Source: Vicugna vicugna
Lineage: Eukaryota
NCBI GenBank assembly: GCA_013265495.1
Contig: MU058844.1
Location: forward strand, 4,159,895-4,204,518
DNA: 44,624 bases
Reading direction: 5' to 3'
The position numbers and the translations under genes are program-made. Each line of letters opens with the position of its first letter. The stretch's first letter is position 1. Under the pieces are notes generated by a model that saw only the letters and a program-made list of their open reading frames with translations, was not told the DNA's origin and searched no databases. Of the stretch, positions 1 to 10,630 are shown in pieces.

Positions 1-92
1 GATTACCTTTTCCACATTAAGAAAGACGATGTTAATAGTTCGAGTGAGTATAGATTTTCACTGATGATCACCCACGTTTCTTCTGTTTTCAG

Positions 93-206
93 ACTTGGAT
101 TATCACTTGCATTTATCTTCAACTGCTCCTATTTAATCCTCTCGTCAAAACTCAAGGGATCTGCAGGAACCGTGTAACTGATGATGTGAAAGACGTTACA
201 AAATTG
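93..206 (+). CDS. KITLG: KITLG exon 2: signal peptide and mature N-terminus (residues 6-43)
   Basis: Acceptor ttttcAG at 91-92, donor GTAAGT at 207; 114 nt; [38 protein letters not shown]. Confidence 0.98.
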
Positions 207-2724
207 GTAAGTAAGGAATGCTTTTACTTGCTGTGATTCTTTTTTCTTGTGCTTTTTGAAAAGAGATTTCCTTTTTTCTTGCCCTAAATCAGTCTTTTTC
301 TAAGACAAGGAGAGAAGTCACTGAATTTTTCTAAAGGGCTTATGGAAAGCAGGTAGGGAGACATTTAGGGTCATGGAACATCTTGGTAGAACTGGCCCAC
401 TGCACACCACCGAAGTGATTTTGTTTCTTTGCTGGTCTTTTCATCTCCTTCATAAGCAGTGAAGGACACTGGCGGGCTCTTCGTCTGCTGATGTCCCAGC
501 ACTAGCTTGTTCCTCATTATCTCCCTAGTGGCCTCCTCAGCGTGTTTTATTTCCCCTCCACATACCTCCCTGCTCTTCTCTAACAAGCCTAACCAAAGGG
601 GATCGGAGACGGCCATTCTCCCCTATCCAACAGCTTGAAGACTCTGTCACATGTGGGTGGGTGTTTGCTCCCTCACTGAACATAGTAGGAATCATCTGTT
701 GCCCGAGGTTGACCAGACTCATCTCCCACCTCCATCACTGGAACTCGGCCAAAGCCATTCCACGCCGGTGCTGCTTGGTCCCTGCCAGCTTCGTGCCATG
801 CTTCTAAGATGTAGACGGCAGAGAGGGAGCACTTCATACAGCTTCTGAAATGCATTCTTCCCAACTCTCACAGTCTAGAGGTGATTTTACATGCTCACTT
901 GAGCTACAGTGTGGAGTTTCAGGATGAACAAAGTTTGAGAAGCATTTCTGTAAGTTCCTGGTTCAAAAGAGCCAAGTGGTATGCAGTTATTTGAATATTA
1001 TCTTAAAGAACAGAGGTAATGTGAGAATAGGAAAGAAATGAGGGTTGTACTACGTAGAAAAGAAAGAAAAGTGTATTTGAGAAATTTACCTTCCCTCCCT
1101 TGATACACATTTCCTGGATTGTATGTTTTATTTGAAATTCATAGCTGAACTTCAAAACAGAAGTTCAGTGCTACCATCTCTTGCTAGCTTAGCCCCAGTG
1201 CAGACTTAAGAACACAAACACACATGCACAATTTATTCAGATTCCTTAGAAAGAAACCCACAAGGGCCAAGTATTCTCTGGTGCAGCATCTGAAGATGTA
1301 TCAACATGTTTTATTTGAGGAGCTGGTGACTAAAGCAATGCAACATTTACCTACTATATGAACAGCTAGATATTGAGTATAGGGACAGGAGTCCAGGGGA
1401 AGTATTTGGGAAGTTTTTTTTTAAACATAGATCACATCCTTTTCCTCAGGTTGCTTGACAAGTTTTTGACCCAAGAAATATATTAAAAAGAAAATATGTT
1501 TATTTTCACAAGCTTGCATCGGTAGAAGGCTCTCATTAGATGTTTGTTCAATGAATGAGGTAATGACATCCACCACTCTAGTGAGTGGACATCATGATCA
1601 CCTGCAGCCCTTGTTAAACTCACAGGTGTCTGAGCCCCACTGACGCACTAAGTCTGCAGAAGGGCTCTAGGCATCTACATTTTAAAGATATTTCTGAAAG
1701 GAGGTTTATGAACTATTGCTCTGGGTGGTCTATTCTGTCATAGTCTAGAGACCAAAGTGCCTTGACCCTAATTTAATCTCCATTTTTATTATGACTGGTT
1801 TTATCTGTGTTGTATAGATTTATATTAATGTTCGATTAATACAGGTCTCCAAGATAATGCTTAAAGTAAGTCACAACTGGGAAATGACAGCTCTCGTGAG
1901 GTTGCTGGTATAACTGCAGAGCTGAGAATGAGCAGGGGAGGTCTGCAGCAGTCCTAGAGATCAGACTTCAAATATGTGGGCAAGAATCACGGTTGAAAGA
2001 TGATGGTGTGTCTGACCACAGACTGAGCATATCCAAGATTAAAATGGCATTTAAGAAAAATTACTTGGAATCATTATTTTTTGCTAAGTGTTTGAGGAAT
2101 GCTATTTAATGAGCACCACTTCCTGTGAAATGTCAAACCGGTATTTTCAAGTGGCATAAGTAGAAGCACCTTCCAAGATTTTCCATTCTTGTTTTTAGCC
2201 ATCTGCTTATTTTCTGCCTGTTACCTATCAGTTGATACAATGAAAAAATCGCAAGAAGCATTGAGAAAGAAGTGCCTGGAAAGAGATGCTTACTAACACT
2301 AAACTATAATTCCTTCCCGCAAGGGCAAGTGTAAAACCATTTAACTGAAAAAAAAAGTCTTTTTTTCCCTCCCTTCCAGCAACTGACTTTGGGGAGAAAT
2401 TTTCAATTTCAAGAGTTGATCTAAATGAAATGAGTGTGTTTACTTTGGATTATTGAAAAAAAAATCAAGTTAATAAAAAAAAAAGGACTCAGATCACTTC
2501 AGATTGAATAAAGACCTACTTAAAGCACAGCCTGTATTTCATGAAGTTGGAAATTGAAAGATATAAAATAATCCCTGGTCTCAGAATGTTTATAACCTAG
2601 TTTCAAAGATAAGCCATCTCTATGAATATATAAATGTAGATCATTAATGCCACAACAACAACTCATAAATGGATGCCGTTTAAAAGATTTTATGGCATAA
2701 CATAGGACCCAACTTGTGCTAATA

Positions 2725-3250
2725 TTCTGGTTAAGAGAATGGGGTTTAGAATCTGGCAGACCTGCTCTTTGACCTTGGATAAGTAATGACCTTGGATAAG
2801 TTCCTACTTTCCCAATTTTGTGGTATAGATTAAATAAGAGAATGTGTATATAAATATTTTACCACAGTTAGTGTCTCTATGCCACTGTTTCCTCATCTTT
2901 ATAATAGATCATTAGTACAGCTGACCTTTGAACAACATGAGGGTGAGGGGAGCCCATCTTTCGGCAGTGGGAACTCTAACAACTTATACTTGTTCCTCTA
3001 TAGAAGAGGTTCCCCCATAGCCGTGGTTCTGCATCCGCAGATTCACCAATCTATGCATCGATCAGGGATCGATCGTGTAGTACTGCAGTGTTTACTATCG
3101 ACAAAAAATCCGGGTATTATTGGACCCACGCAGTTCGAACCTGTGTTGTTCAAGGGTCAGCTGTACATAACCTCATAGGGTGACTGTAAAGGTTAAATAA
3201 GTTACTAGAACAGTGCAGGAGCATAGGAAGCGCTTGCTGGATATCAGTAG
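2725..3250 (+). mobile_element. MIR SINE fragments interrupted by a Tigger MITE
   Basis: MIR-like core (tgaccttggataagtt; ctgtttcctcatctttataa...acctcatagggtgactgtaaaggttaaataa) resumes after the insertion. Includes a 15-nt tandem copy TGACCTTGGATAAGT at 2770 and 2787. Confidence 0.7.
2918..3163 (-). mobile_element. Tigger2/MER8-like TcMar-Tigger MITE
   Basis: TIRs CAGCTGACCTTTGAACAACA (2918-2937) and TGTTGTTCAAGGGTCAGCTG (3144-3163) match 19/20; TA target duplication at 2916-2917 and 3164-3165. Confidence 0.9.
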
Positions 3251-3403
3251 TGGTAGCAGCCGTGTTTGTGGGGTCATAGGTACTGGAGCTGGAAAGGGAT
3301 TTAGAGACAATCTAGACAAACCATTTCATAAGTAGGAAAACTGAGACCCAAGACCAGTGAAGCCCAGCTCCTGGTCCCAAGACCAGTGCTGTGTCTTCTA
3401 GGA

Positions 3404-3725
3404 CAGTGGTTTTCAAACAGGCTTTAGGAGTCCACTCAAGCTGCTCTGCTTGTATTTATGTATCTGGCTTTCTAGATAAGACTTAACTTGAAAAAAGAAT
3501 TGAGCTTATGAAACAATGTTTGAGAGCCGCTGCTTTAGAACAGTGTTCGTAAGATATCATTTGAGAGCCATCCAGTCACAGTCTCTTAGAGTACTTACAA
3601 ACACAGCTGTCAGGGCCCCACCTCAGAATTACTGAAGCACAACTCGTGGAGATGGGATGCAGGAACCTTAATGTTTCTGACCAGTATCCCAGGGGATAGT
3701 TATTTGCATACAAGTGTCAGGATGG
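3404..3725. mobile_element. Two adjacent hAT-Charlie MITE remnants (second is MER5A-like)
   Basis: CAGTGGTTTTCAAAC...GTTTGAGAGCCGCTG ends (3404-3532); from 3541 a MER5-like core gggccccacctcagaattactgaa...caggaacc...tttctgaccagtatcccagggga. Confidence 0.55.
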
Positions 3726-4189
3726 CTCAGGCCATAATAGTTATAATATTGGCATTTTCCATGTTTGAAAAGAAGTTGTGTTCCCACCCTCAGCCTAAAA
3801 ACTCATTAATTTCACTAACTCAAACAGCAGCATGACTGACTTTTGACTTTTATGGATATAGATAATCACAGCCTCTCTCTAAAGAACAGTGGGACAAAAA
3901 AGCATCTTGAATCTTAAAGTAGGCCACACGCACTGGAGCGTTTGAACACCAGCTCTGCTATTACCCAGCTGTGTGACCTTGGAGAAATAAATCCCTGAAC
4001 CTTCCTGGGACTCAGCTTCTGGTTTTGAAAATGAGGAACGAGACCATGATCAATGGTTCTTAATCTAGGTTTCATAAACTTCAGACCCTTGCAAATGGAA
4101 CTCCAAATTGTGCTGATGTGGGCTTCTAAGAAGAGCATATATAACTTTCATCCGCTTCCCAGAGACGTCTGTGGCCCCTCTAAAAGAAC

Positions 4190-4347
4190 TACTATATTCA
4201 ATACTGTGTAATAACCTATAATGGAAAAGAATCTGAAAATAATATATAAAACTGAATATTAATAACAATATGTAAAACTGAATCAGTTTGCTGTACCTCT
4301 GAAACATTGTAAATCAACTAGATTTCAATAAAAAAAAGAAAAAAGAT
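4190..4347 (+). mobile_element. 5'-truncated L1 3' end (artiodactyl-type 3'UTR)
   Basis: actatattcaata...taataacctataatggaaaagaatctgaaaa...ctgaatca...tgctgtac...ctgaaac...AATAAA and an A tail; degenerate TSD aagaa(c)tac / aagaaccac at 4184 and 4348. Confidence 0.85.
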
Positions 4348-5918
4348 AAGAACCACCAAGTTAGATAACTTTGGAGGCCCTTCTTAGGTCTGAAATTCTT
4401 TTGTTCTATAATATTTCTTCAGCTTGTACCTTTTGGAATAATTCAGTTAAGCCTGAATTAACAAGGTTATATTGAACAAGAGGAATTTGCTTGCTTTGCA
4501 AGTATAACCTTGGTGCATGTTGTTTGGGGAAAAGAAAGTGAGTGGAGAGCACCTTTTTGCCTTGTGCTCATAGTAATTTCTTCAGCTGAAATCATTCCTT
4601 TGCCAGTTGTGCCAGTTCTGCCTTTGCATTAGGTAGCAGCTTGCACCGTGCCCACAAACCTTAAGTTTGTTTGCTTGGGGTGAGTCTCATGTCACAGAAG
4701 CACATGATTTATGACTTTACTGTCATTTTTTTTTCTTTTTTTTAATTTCTTCTCGGACACTTTGTCCTACCCCTACAGTCCCCATGGTTTTCATTTGAAA
4801 TCCTTCTGGCATGTTTACTCACCATAATAGTTCATCTATTTACAGAACATTTTGCTTTGTTTCTTAAAAATGCTGCGAGGCTTGTTTTAAATGGCAAACT
4901 CAGACCTACCTAAAGAAAGGGTCAAGTATCTGGGAAGAGGAGAAATCAAACTTTAAAACCTTGTATCTGTGGGATAGTTTGTCCCACAGCTTTTAAGGAT
5001 TGTAATGTTAATATAAGGAGGAATCCAAATGTTGACATAGTTCAAATTAGTTTTTCCTTTTGTTCTTCCTGCCGCTCCCTTCATTTGTGATGCTTTTCCT
5101 TCATTTGGGGGAATTTTAATTAAATGCGACCTTGTTGCTTTTTAAAAACCTTTTAATCTTTTAAGTATCTATTGAGTAATTATTTGTCTTCCTCAAAATG
5201 CTTAAGGCAGGTTGCTGTTCCAGTCCCATCTAGTAAAGGTGAAATTACTCTGTCTTTTCAAGGTCAGTCTACAAATCACTAGCATAGAATCAAAATTCAA
5301 GCATTCATGATTTTCCTGGTCTTGTGGTAGGTACTTATTTTAAGTAGATTATACTAATATATGACTCAGAATTTAACATAATAGGAGATTATAAAAATAT
5401 CCTTAGATAACAGATTTCACACTTTGAATGGACAGTTTTGAATAATTATGATTCTTATTCTTTTTCAAATACAGTGTTCTTTGGATAGAATTATACCACT
5501 GCATTAAAATGGAGGATTGAAGTCTCTTGAGTCTTGCCATTTCTAGATGTATTATAAGCTTTTATAAGCATATCTTTTCTTTAAAAGCAGAAGTCTCACA
5601 TAGTTTTGTTTGACCCTTGAAGAACAATGGTTTGATAGCTGGATAGTTTTTAAAGTTTATTGGTTCACAGTATTTATGCATTTTAATTTCTGCTCCATGT
5701 CAGTAGAATTTTTTTCTCTATTTAAAGCTAAATTTAGGACTTTCAGTATTCAAAGAAAGGACAGAAGTGTATTAGAAATAATCATTGTAAAATCTAACAA
5801 GTAGATGGCTGCATTACCAAGCATGTTAATCTTATCAGAAAGAAAAAAAAATGTTATTCCTTTAAAAGGAAAACCACTTATTTAAAATATCTCTTGCACC
5901 TTGACGTTTAAAAACAGT

Positions 5919-6130
5919 CATTATTGTGTGCGTATCCAGACACTATGCTAAGCTCTTTGTATGAATTCTCTTCTCAGTCATCACAACCCTAGGAGGTAAT
6001 TATTTTTATCCCCATTTTATTGATTAGGAAACTGAAGCCTGGTGATGGTCAGTAACCTGACAATCCTCACCTGGAAACAGGCAGCTGAATAGAGGTTTGA
6101 ACACATAAGTACCCATCTCTGGAGCACAAG
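5919..6130 (-). mobile_element. MIR SINE
   Basis: Antisense core tcacaaccctaggaggta...ttatccccattttattgattaggaaactgaagcct. Confidence 0.8.
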
Positions 6131-7715
6131 ATTAGGGAGCAGTCATATCTTAAAAGCTCAATTAGTACTACTTATTTGGCATCATCAACAGAAGGTGTGT
6201 CCATGAAATAGCCAAAAATGTTTTTCTCTCTTCTGTTTGAAAGGATCAAGGGTCATCTAACTTTATGTAGATGTAACGAAGAAGTATTCTTCATTAAGAA
6301 AAGGTGACCCAGAAAAGTCTTGTAAGTTGTCATGTTAATTTTTTATAAATCACTAATTGAGTTGTTATTTAAAAAGCAGAATAAACAAAACAAAACTACA
6401 GGCAATTGACCTGGTTAGATTTTTAATCAAGAGATGGCTTATAAGGAGAAATAAAAAAGCAGAAAGCTTTGGCCTATGTTATATCTGAAGACTGAACAAC
6501 AACTGGGATATTTAAATACAAACGTACAGGGTTGTTGTTTTTTTTTCCTCTACAGCAGAGATTCTTAAACTTCTCTGGGTCTGATGAGACTCTGGAAACT
6601 GGACTCTTTCTCCAGAAAGGTTCACATATGTGTAACATTTTATGTAGTGTCAAGAGAATCATGAGTTACTCCTACTGCATTTTGATTCTTACCTAGAACC
6701 TGGGAGAAACGGTTCAGACAATGAGTGTCTCACCATAGATATCCAGGAAGCCACTGATTTCATGCAACTTAGAGACCTCAATGACATTTGATCAAGAGAT
6801 CCAAAGATTTTAGATCAGTGATCTAGAGAGGGAGTTACCTGTTCTGACTTTGAGTTCTTTTTCTCCGAGTCCAAATACCTGCAGGGTATGGTATGTAGCC
6901 AGTGCCTGTTTGGCTCACAAACTTTTTCTTGGCCGAGTTTCCAGCATTTCCACATTCTGTTCTCTTACGCATTTTCCCCCCGCTAGTATCACTGAGTATG
7001 GTCAATCCTTAAGACACACCAAAGCGAAAAAGAGAGAGAGAGACAGAGCAAATGGCCCACCTAGTAGTAGAGTGAGCCCATCACCTGTTTTTGTAGTTTC
7101 ATGCATTTTATAATCTGGCATGGTTTTTACAACCCCATACTCCAAACCACAGGGCTCACTGGATCAATCTGACCTTTGGTAAATTTTGCATCAGCTAGGT
7201 TCTATGTCGTTTTTTCTATTCTGAACTTATTTTACTAGAGCAGATTAGTTTTCAAAATCTGTAGCCTTGGTTACCTATCCATTTAACCCTACCAACAGGA
7301 TGCTTCCCTGGAATCTAAACCATGTCTCTGCTTTTTCAGCTTTTAGCCTCTGTATTCACATTTAATGCATGTTCAGTACTTTGCTAGTGGTCTTCTAAAC
7401 TGCTCTTGGTCTCTTTCCTTGTTCCAATCTATTCTTCCCAAGTAACCTTCCTAAATTTCGTGCCATGTTCCCTTCCAGCTTACACACATTCAATGTAGCA
7501 CCACTGCTGACACAGGACAGTGACATCAGACCAAATTTTTAATGGTGATCTACTTCCCCCTCTTCATCTTGTGGAAGAGGATAGAAGTTCCACAGGGGAG
7601 GTGACATGTCTGAAGTGGAAGTGACTGGCTCTGGGGTTCTGGTGGTGGAAATGGTCCTGCTGAACTTCACTGCCTCCCACTTGCCCTCCTTAGCCCAACA
7701 TTCAGATCTCTCTCT

Positions 7716-7831
7716 CTTTTGCTTTCTTTCTTTCTTTTTTTGTTTTGTTTTGTTTAATGGAGGTACTGGGGACTGAACCCAGGACCTCGTGCATGCTAAG
7801 CATGCGCTCTACCACTGAGCTATACCCCCCT
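7716..7831 (-). mobile_element. Vic-1-type camelid SINE derived from tRNA-Ala(AGC)
   Basis: Reverse complement of 7758-7829 is GGGGGTATAGCTCAGTGGTAGAGCGCATGCTTAGCATGCACGAGGTCCTGGGTTCAGTCCCCAGTACCTCCA, followed by an A-rich tail. Degenerate TSD at 7700-7715 and 7832-7847 (13/16). Confidence 0.88.
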
Positions 7832-7974
7832 ACTCAGGTCCCTCTCTAATGTGGCTTTCCTGGCATATTTCTTACCTCTAGAACCTGAGTGATCTGTCCT
7901 GGGTCTCCCATTTCTTCCTCTTTGCATCTGACCCCTCTGATATCTTGACTGTCCCACTCCCTTGCAGTTGATAA

Positions 7975-8200
7975 TAGTAAACACTTGTACCCATTCCCAC
8001 ACCATGCTCAAGCACTAAGTATTTTAAACAAGATACTTCATCACTAGTCTAATTAAATCCACTAGCTCAATTCTGTGATTCTCATTTTACACGTGTGGAA
8101 ATTGAGGTTAAAGAAGATTAAGGAACCTGCCCAAGATCTGTGAGTTAGCACGTGGCAGGGCCTGGCTCCAACCTGAGCAATGCGTCTCCCCAGAACTTGG
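7975..8200 (-). mobile_element. MIR SINE
   Basis: ctcattttacacgtgtggaaattgaggttaaagaagattaaggaacctgcccaagatc core. Confidence 0.75.
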
Positions 8201-8514
8201 GCAGTGAGCCCTACATCAATGAACTGCCTCAAAGGAACATCTTATCTTCCTAGTTCCAGACTCAAGGAATCCTCTACTCTCTCAAACTTTCCAGTGATCA
8301 GTAGACACAAGAGAAGCTGAACTTATCAAAAGGTTGTCTGTGCTTTTTGAATGCTATTCAACATACTATAAATGCTTAGAAAGTAATAAAATAATTCATG
8401 AAGTGGCCATAAAAATCTACAACTTCCTAATTTCTCTTCCAAATGTAACTGGAAAGGAACCAGTGCAAGCCAAGAATGTACTAATGAGGAGACTGCTCTG
8501 TAGATAACTGTGCT

Positions 8515-8710
8515 GAGACCAGCACACAGAGCCAGGATTTGTATCCTTACCTCCACCAGGTACTCCTGATGCCTGTGATGACCCTGACATGCCAGTTAAC
8601 CTCTCTGAGCCACCATGGTTTTTATTTGTTTTGTTTTATTTCTGTAAAGTAGGCTTAATAATACAGATCTCTGAGGTCGTGGCAGAGACTGCATATGAAA
8701 ACTTGTTAAA
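8515..8710 (+). mobile_element. MIR SINE (degenerate)
   Basis: tgtgatgaccctg...agttaacctctctgagcc...tctgtaaagtagg...taataatac. Confidence 0.6.
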
Positions 8711-9538
8711 ATTGTATTTTTCAAAAATAATATTACTTCTCAGTTCTATCAAAAATTGAAAATCAGTAAATCAGTTTAATGCAGAAATTATTATTATACA
8801 CCACCCTAAATGATAAGGTGTGGCAATTTGAGTGTGTTGGTCAGAGAACTTCTTGTAAGGTTTCTTTGACTTCTTTGAACCAATCTTTATATATAATTTA
8901 CTAATAAAGCAGGATTGGCCAGCCTATCTCTTACATTTTCTCCGCTCTTTTGATATATACTCAGATCCTAAGTTTTCTGAATACTGATTCGGTTGATTCT
9001 GTATTTATTTTTTTGATAATGTTAATTGTGCTTACAGAGGGGCGAGATTATCAAGCAGCTTGTGTTCAGAACACCTGCCACTTCTTGCCATGCTTCTCCA
9101 TCTGGAATGGCTTTTACATTTACATGGTGACGTTGCCACATCACTTGGAGGACCACTGACAGGACAAATACATTGTGTTACTGATTCTTTGGGGGAACAA
9201 GTAGAAAGATAGTCCTGGAAGGGAATTCCAAGACCACAGATGGAAATTGAAATTCATATTGTGTTTCCAAAACTCAGAAGATTATACTTAGCCACCCATA
9301 ACTGAATTTGGAGTCCAAAAGATTTATATTATCACTTACTTTATTTTTGAAGAGTGCCTTTGATTGCAAAGGGAAATGAAGAATGAAAAATCACTATGTA
9401 TGTAAATATTGAAATTCAGTGGTAACTTAAAAACATAACAGGTTTGTATGTGTTTTTCTCAAACCGCTAAATACAGTATGATTAACTGATATGTATGGAT
9501 TTTCTCACAGATATCTTACTTTCTTTTTTTCTCCGTAG

Positions 9539-9601
9539 GTGGCAAATCTTCCAAAGGACTATAAAATAACCCTCAAATATGTCCCCGGGATGGACGTTTT
9601 G
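9539..9601 (+). CDS. KITLG: KITLG exon 3 (residues 44-64)
   Basis: Pyrimidine tract then tAG at 9537-9538, donor GTATGT at 9602; 63 nt; [21 protein letters not shown]. Confidence 0.98.
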
Positions 9602-10084
9602 GTATGTAACTGCATTTCTGAGTTTCCTTTTGGTAGCTGACAAAAGAGATAGGGTCATTCATATTGAAATAGGAAATTACCTACCGTTTAGCAATTTGCT
9701 AATTGTCAGAATTTAAAGAAGGTATCTTTGGAATTTGACTTGCATACTTGTTTCCTCAGTCAACTGCTAAGCTCTAGTTTGGATGAGCATTTTAGCATAT
9801 GTGTCTTATACCTGTAATTCCGAAGTAAATTAGATAACCTTCCTTAGAGCTGGCCACAGATTTCTTTTTCCTTTAGCCTCCCTCTCCCACAAAAGGTTTG
9901 AGTGTAAAATTATGTAAATTCTTTTCATACCTGAAAGGCCCTATATAAGTCTCTTTCTTACTTAATTTGAGAACACAAAATGTTTTATCTCTGAATTTAT
10001 TTGCAGTGTGATTGATTCTTAGAACCTTACAACAAAAATGTGGCTATGATTATAAGTACTCCTTTATTACTGAAATCAAGAAAT

Positions 10085-10630
10085 TTTAATTATTTTTCTC
10101 ACTACATAATATTCATACATGAAGAAATATTTCAAGGATAGGGAATAATGTAATGCCTGTGTACCCATCACGTAGCTTGTCAGATGTTACCATTGTGCAA
10201 TATTTGCTTCAAATGTATTTTTTAATAATGAAACATTATACATATAATTAAAGCCCCTTTCCTATCTCCATTAATGCCCACTCTGTCTCTTAGGGACAAC
10301 TTGTCTCTGAGGAACAAGTATTCAGAGCTGGAATTTTTCATTCTGATGCATGGTTTCAGGGCTTGACATTGAGGATGCATCCCCTTGTAGTTGTGTTACG
10401 TGCAGCAGTGCACAGTAGCTGCCCTTATACTTTTATTGCAAACTATACATCCATACACAAAGTACATATATTTTTTCATTTTTTCATAGTTTCTGTTAAT
10501 GCCATTACACTGCATCTGTCACTTTGCAACTTGCTTATATTTTGCAACATACCTTTGACATTAATGTGTTCCATGTTGATTCATTTTAACTACCGTGTCG
10601 TGTTCCATTGAGTTAATTAAAATCGATTTG
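10085..10630 (-). mobile_element. Ancient L1 (L1ME-like) 3' fragment
   Basis: Antisense L1M 3'UTR motifs (tgtacccatcac...gctt; ctttgcaacttgctt...ttgacatt...ccatgttga...ttcattttaactacc...ttccattg). Confidence 0.6.

Noticed and set aside
371..864. Four overlapping short ORFs just inside intron 2
   Set aside because: No recognisable homology or supporting splice structure; lengths are expected by chance in a slightly GC-richer patch.
7758..7829. Functional tRNA-Ala(AGC) gene
   Set aside because: It has an A-rich retroposon tail, a TSD, a damaged B box, an anticodon-stem mismatch and two more diverged sibling copies in the window; it is a SINE.
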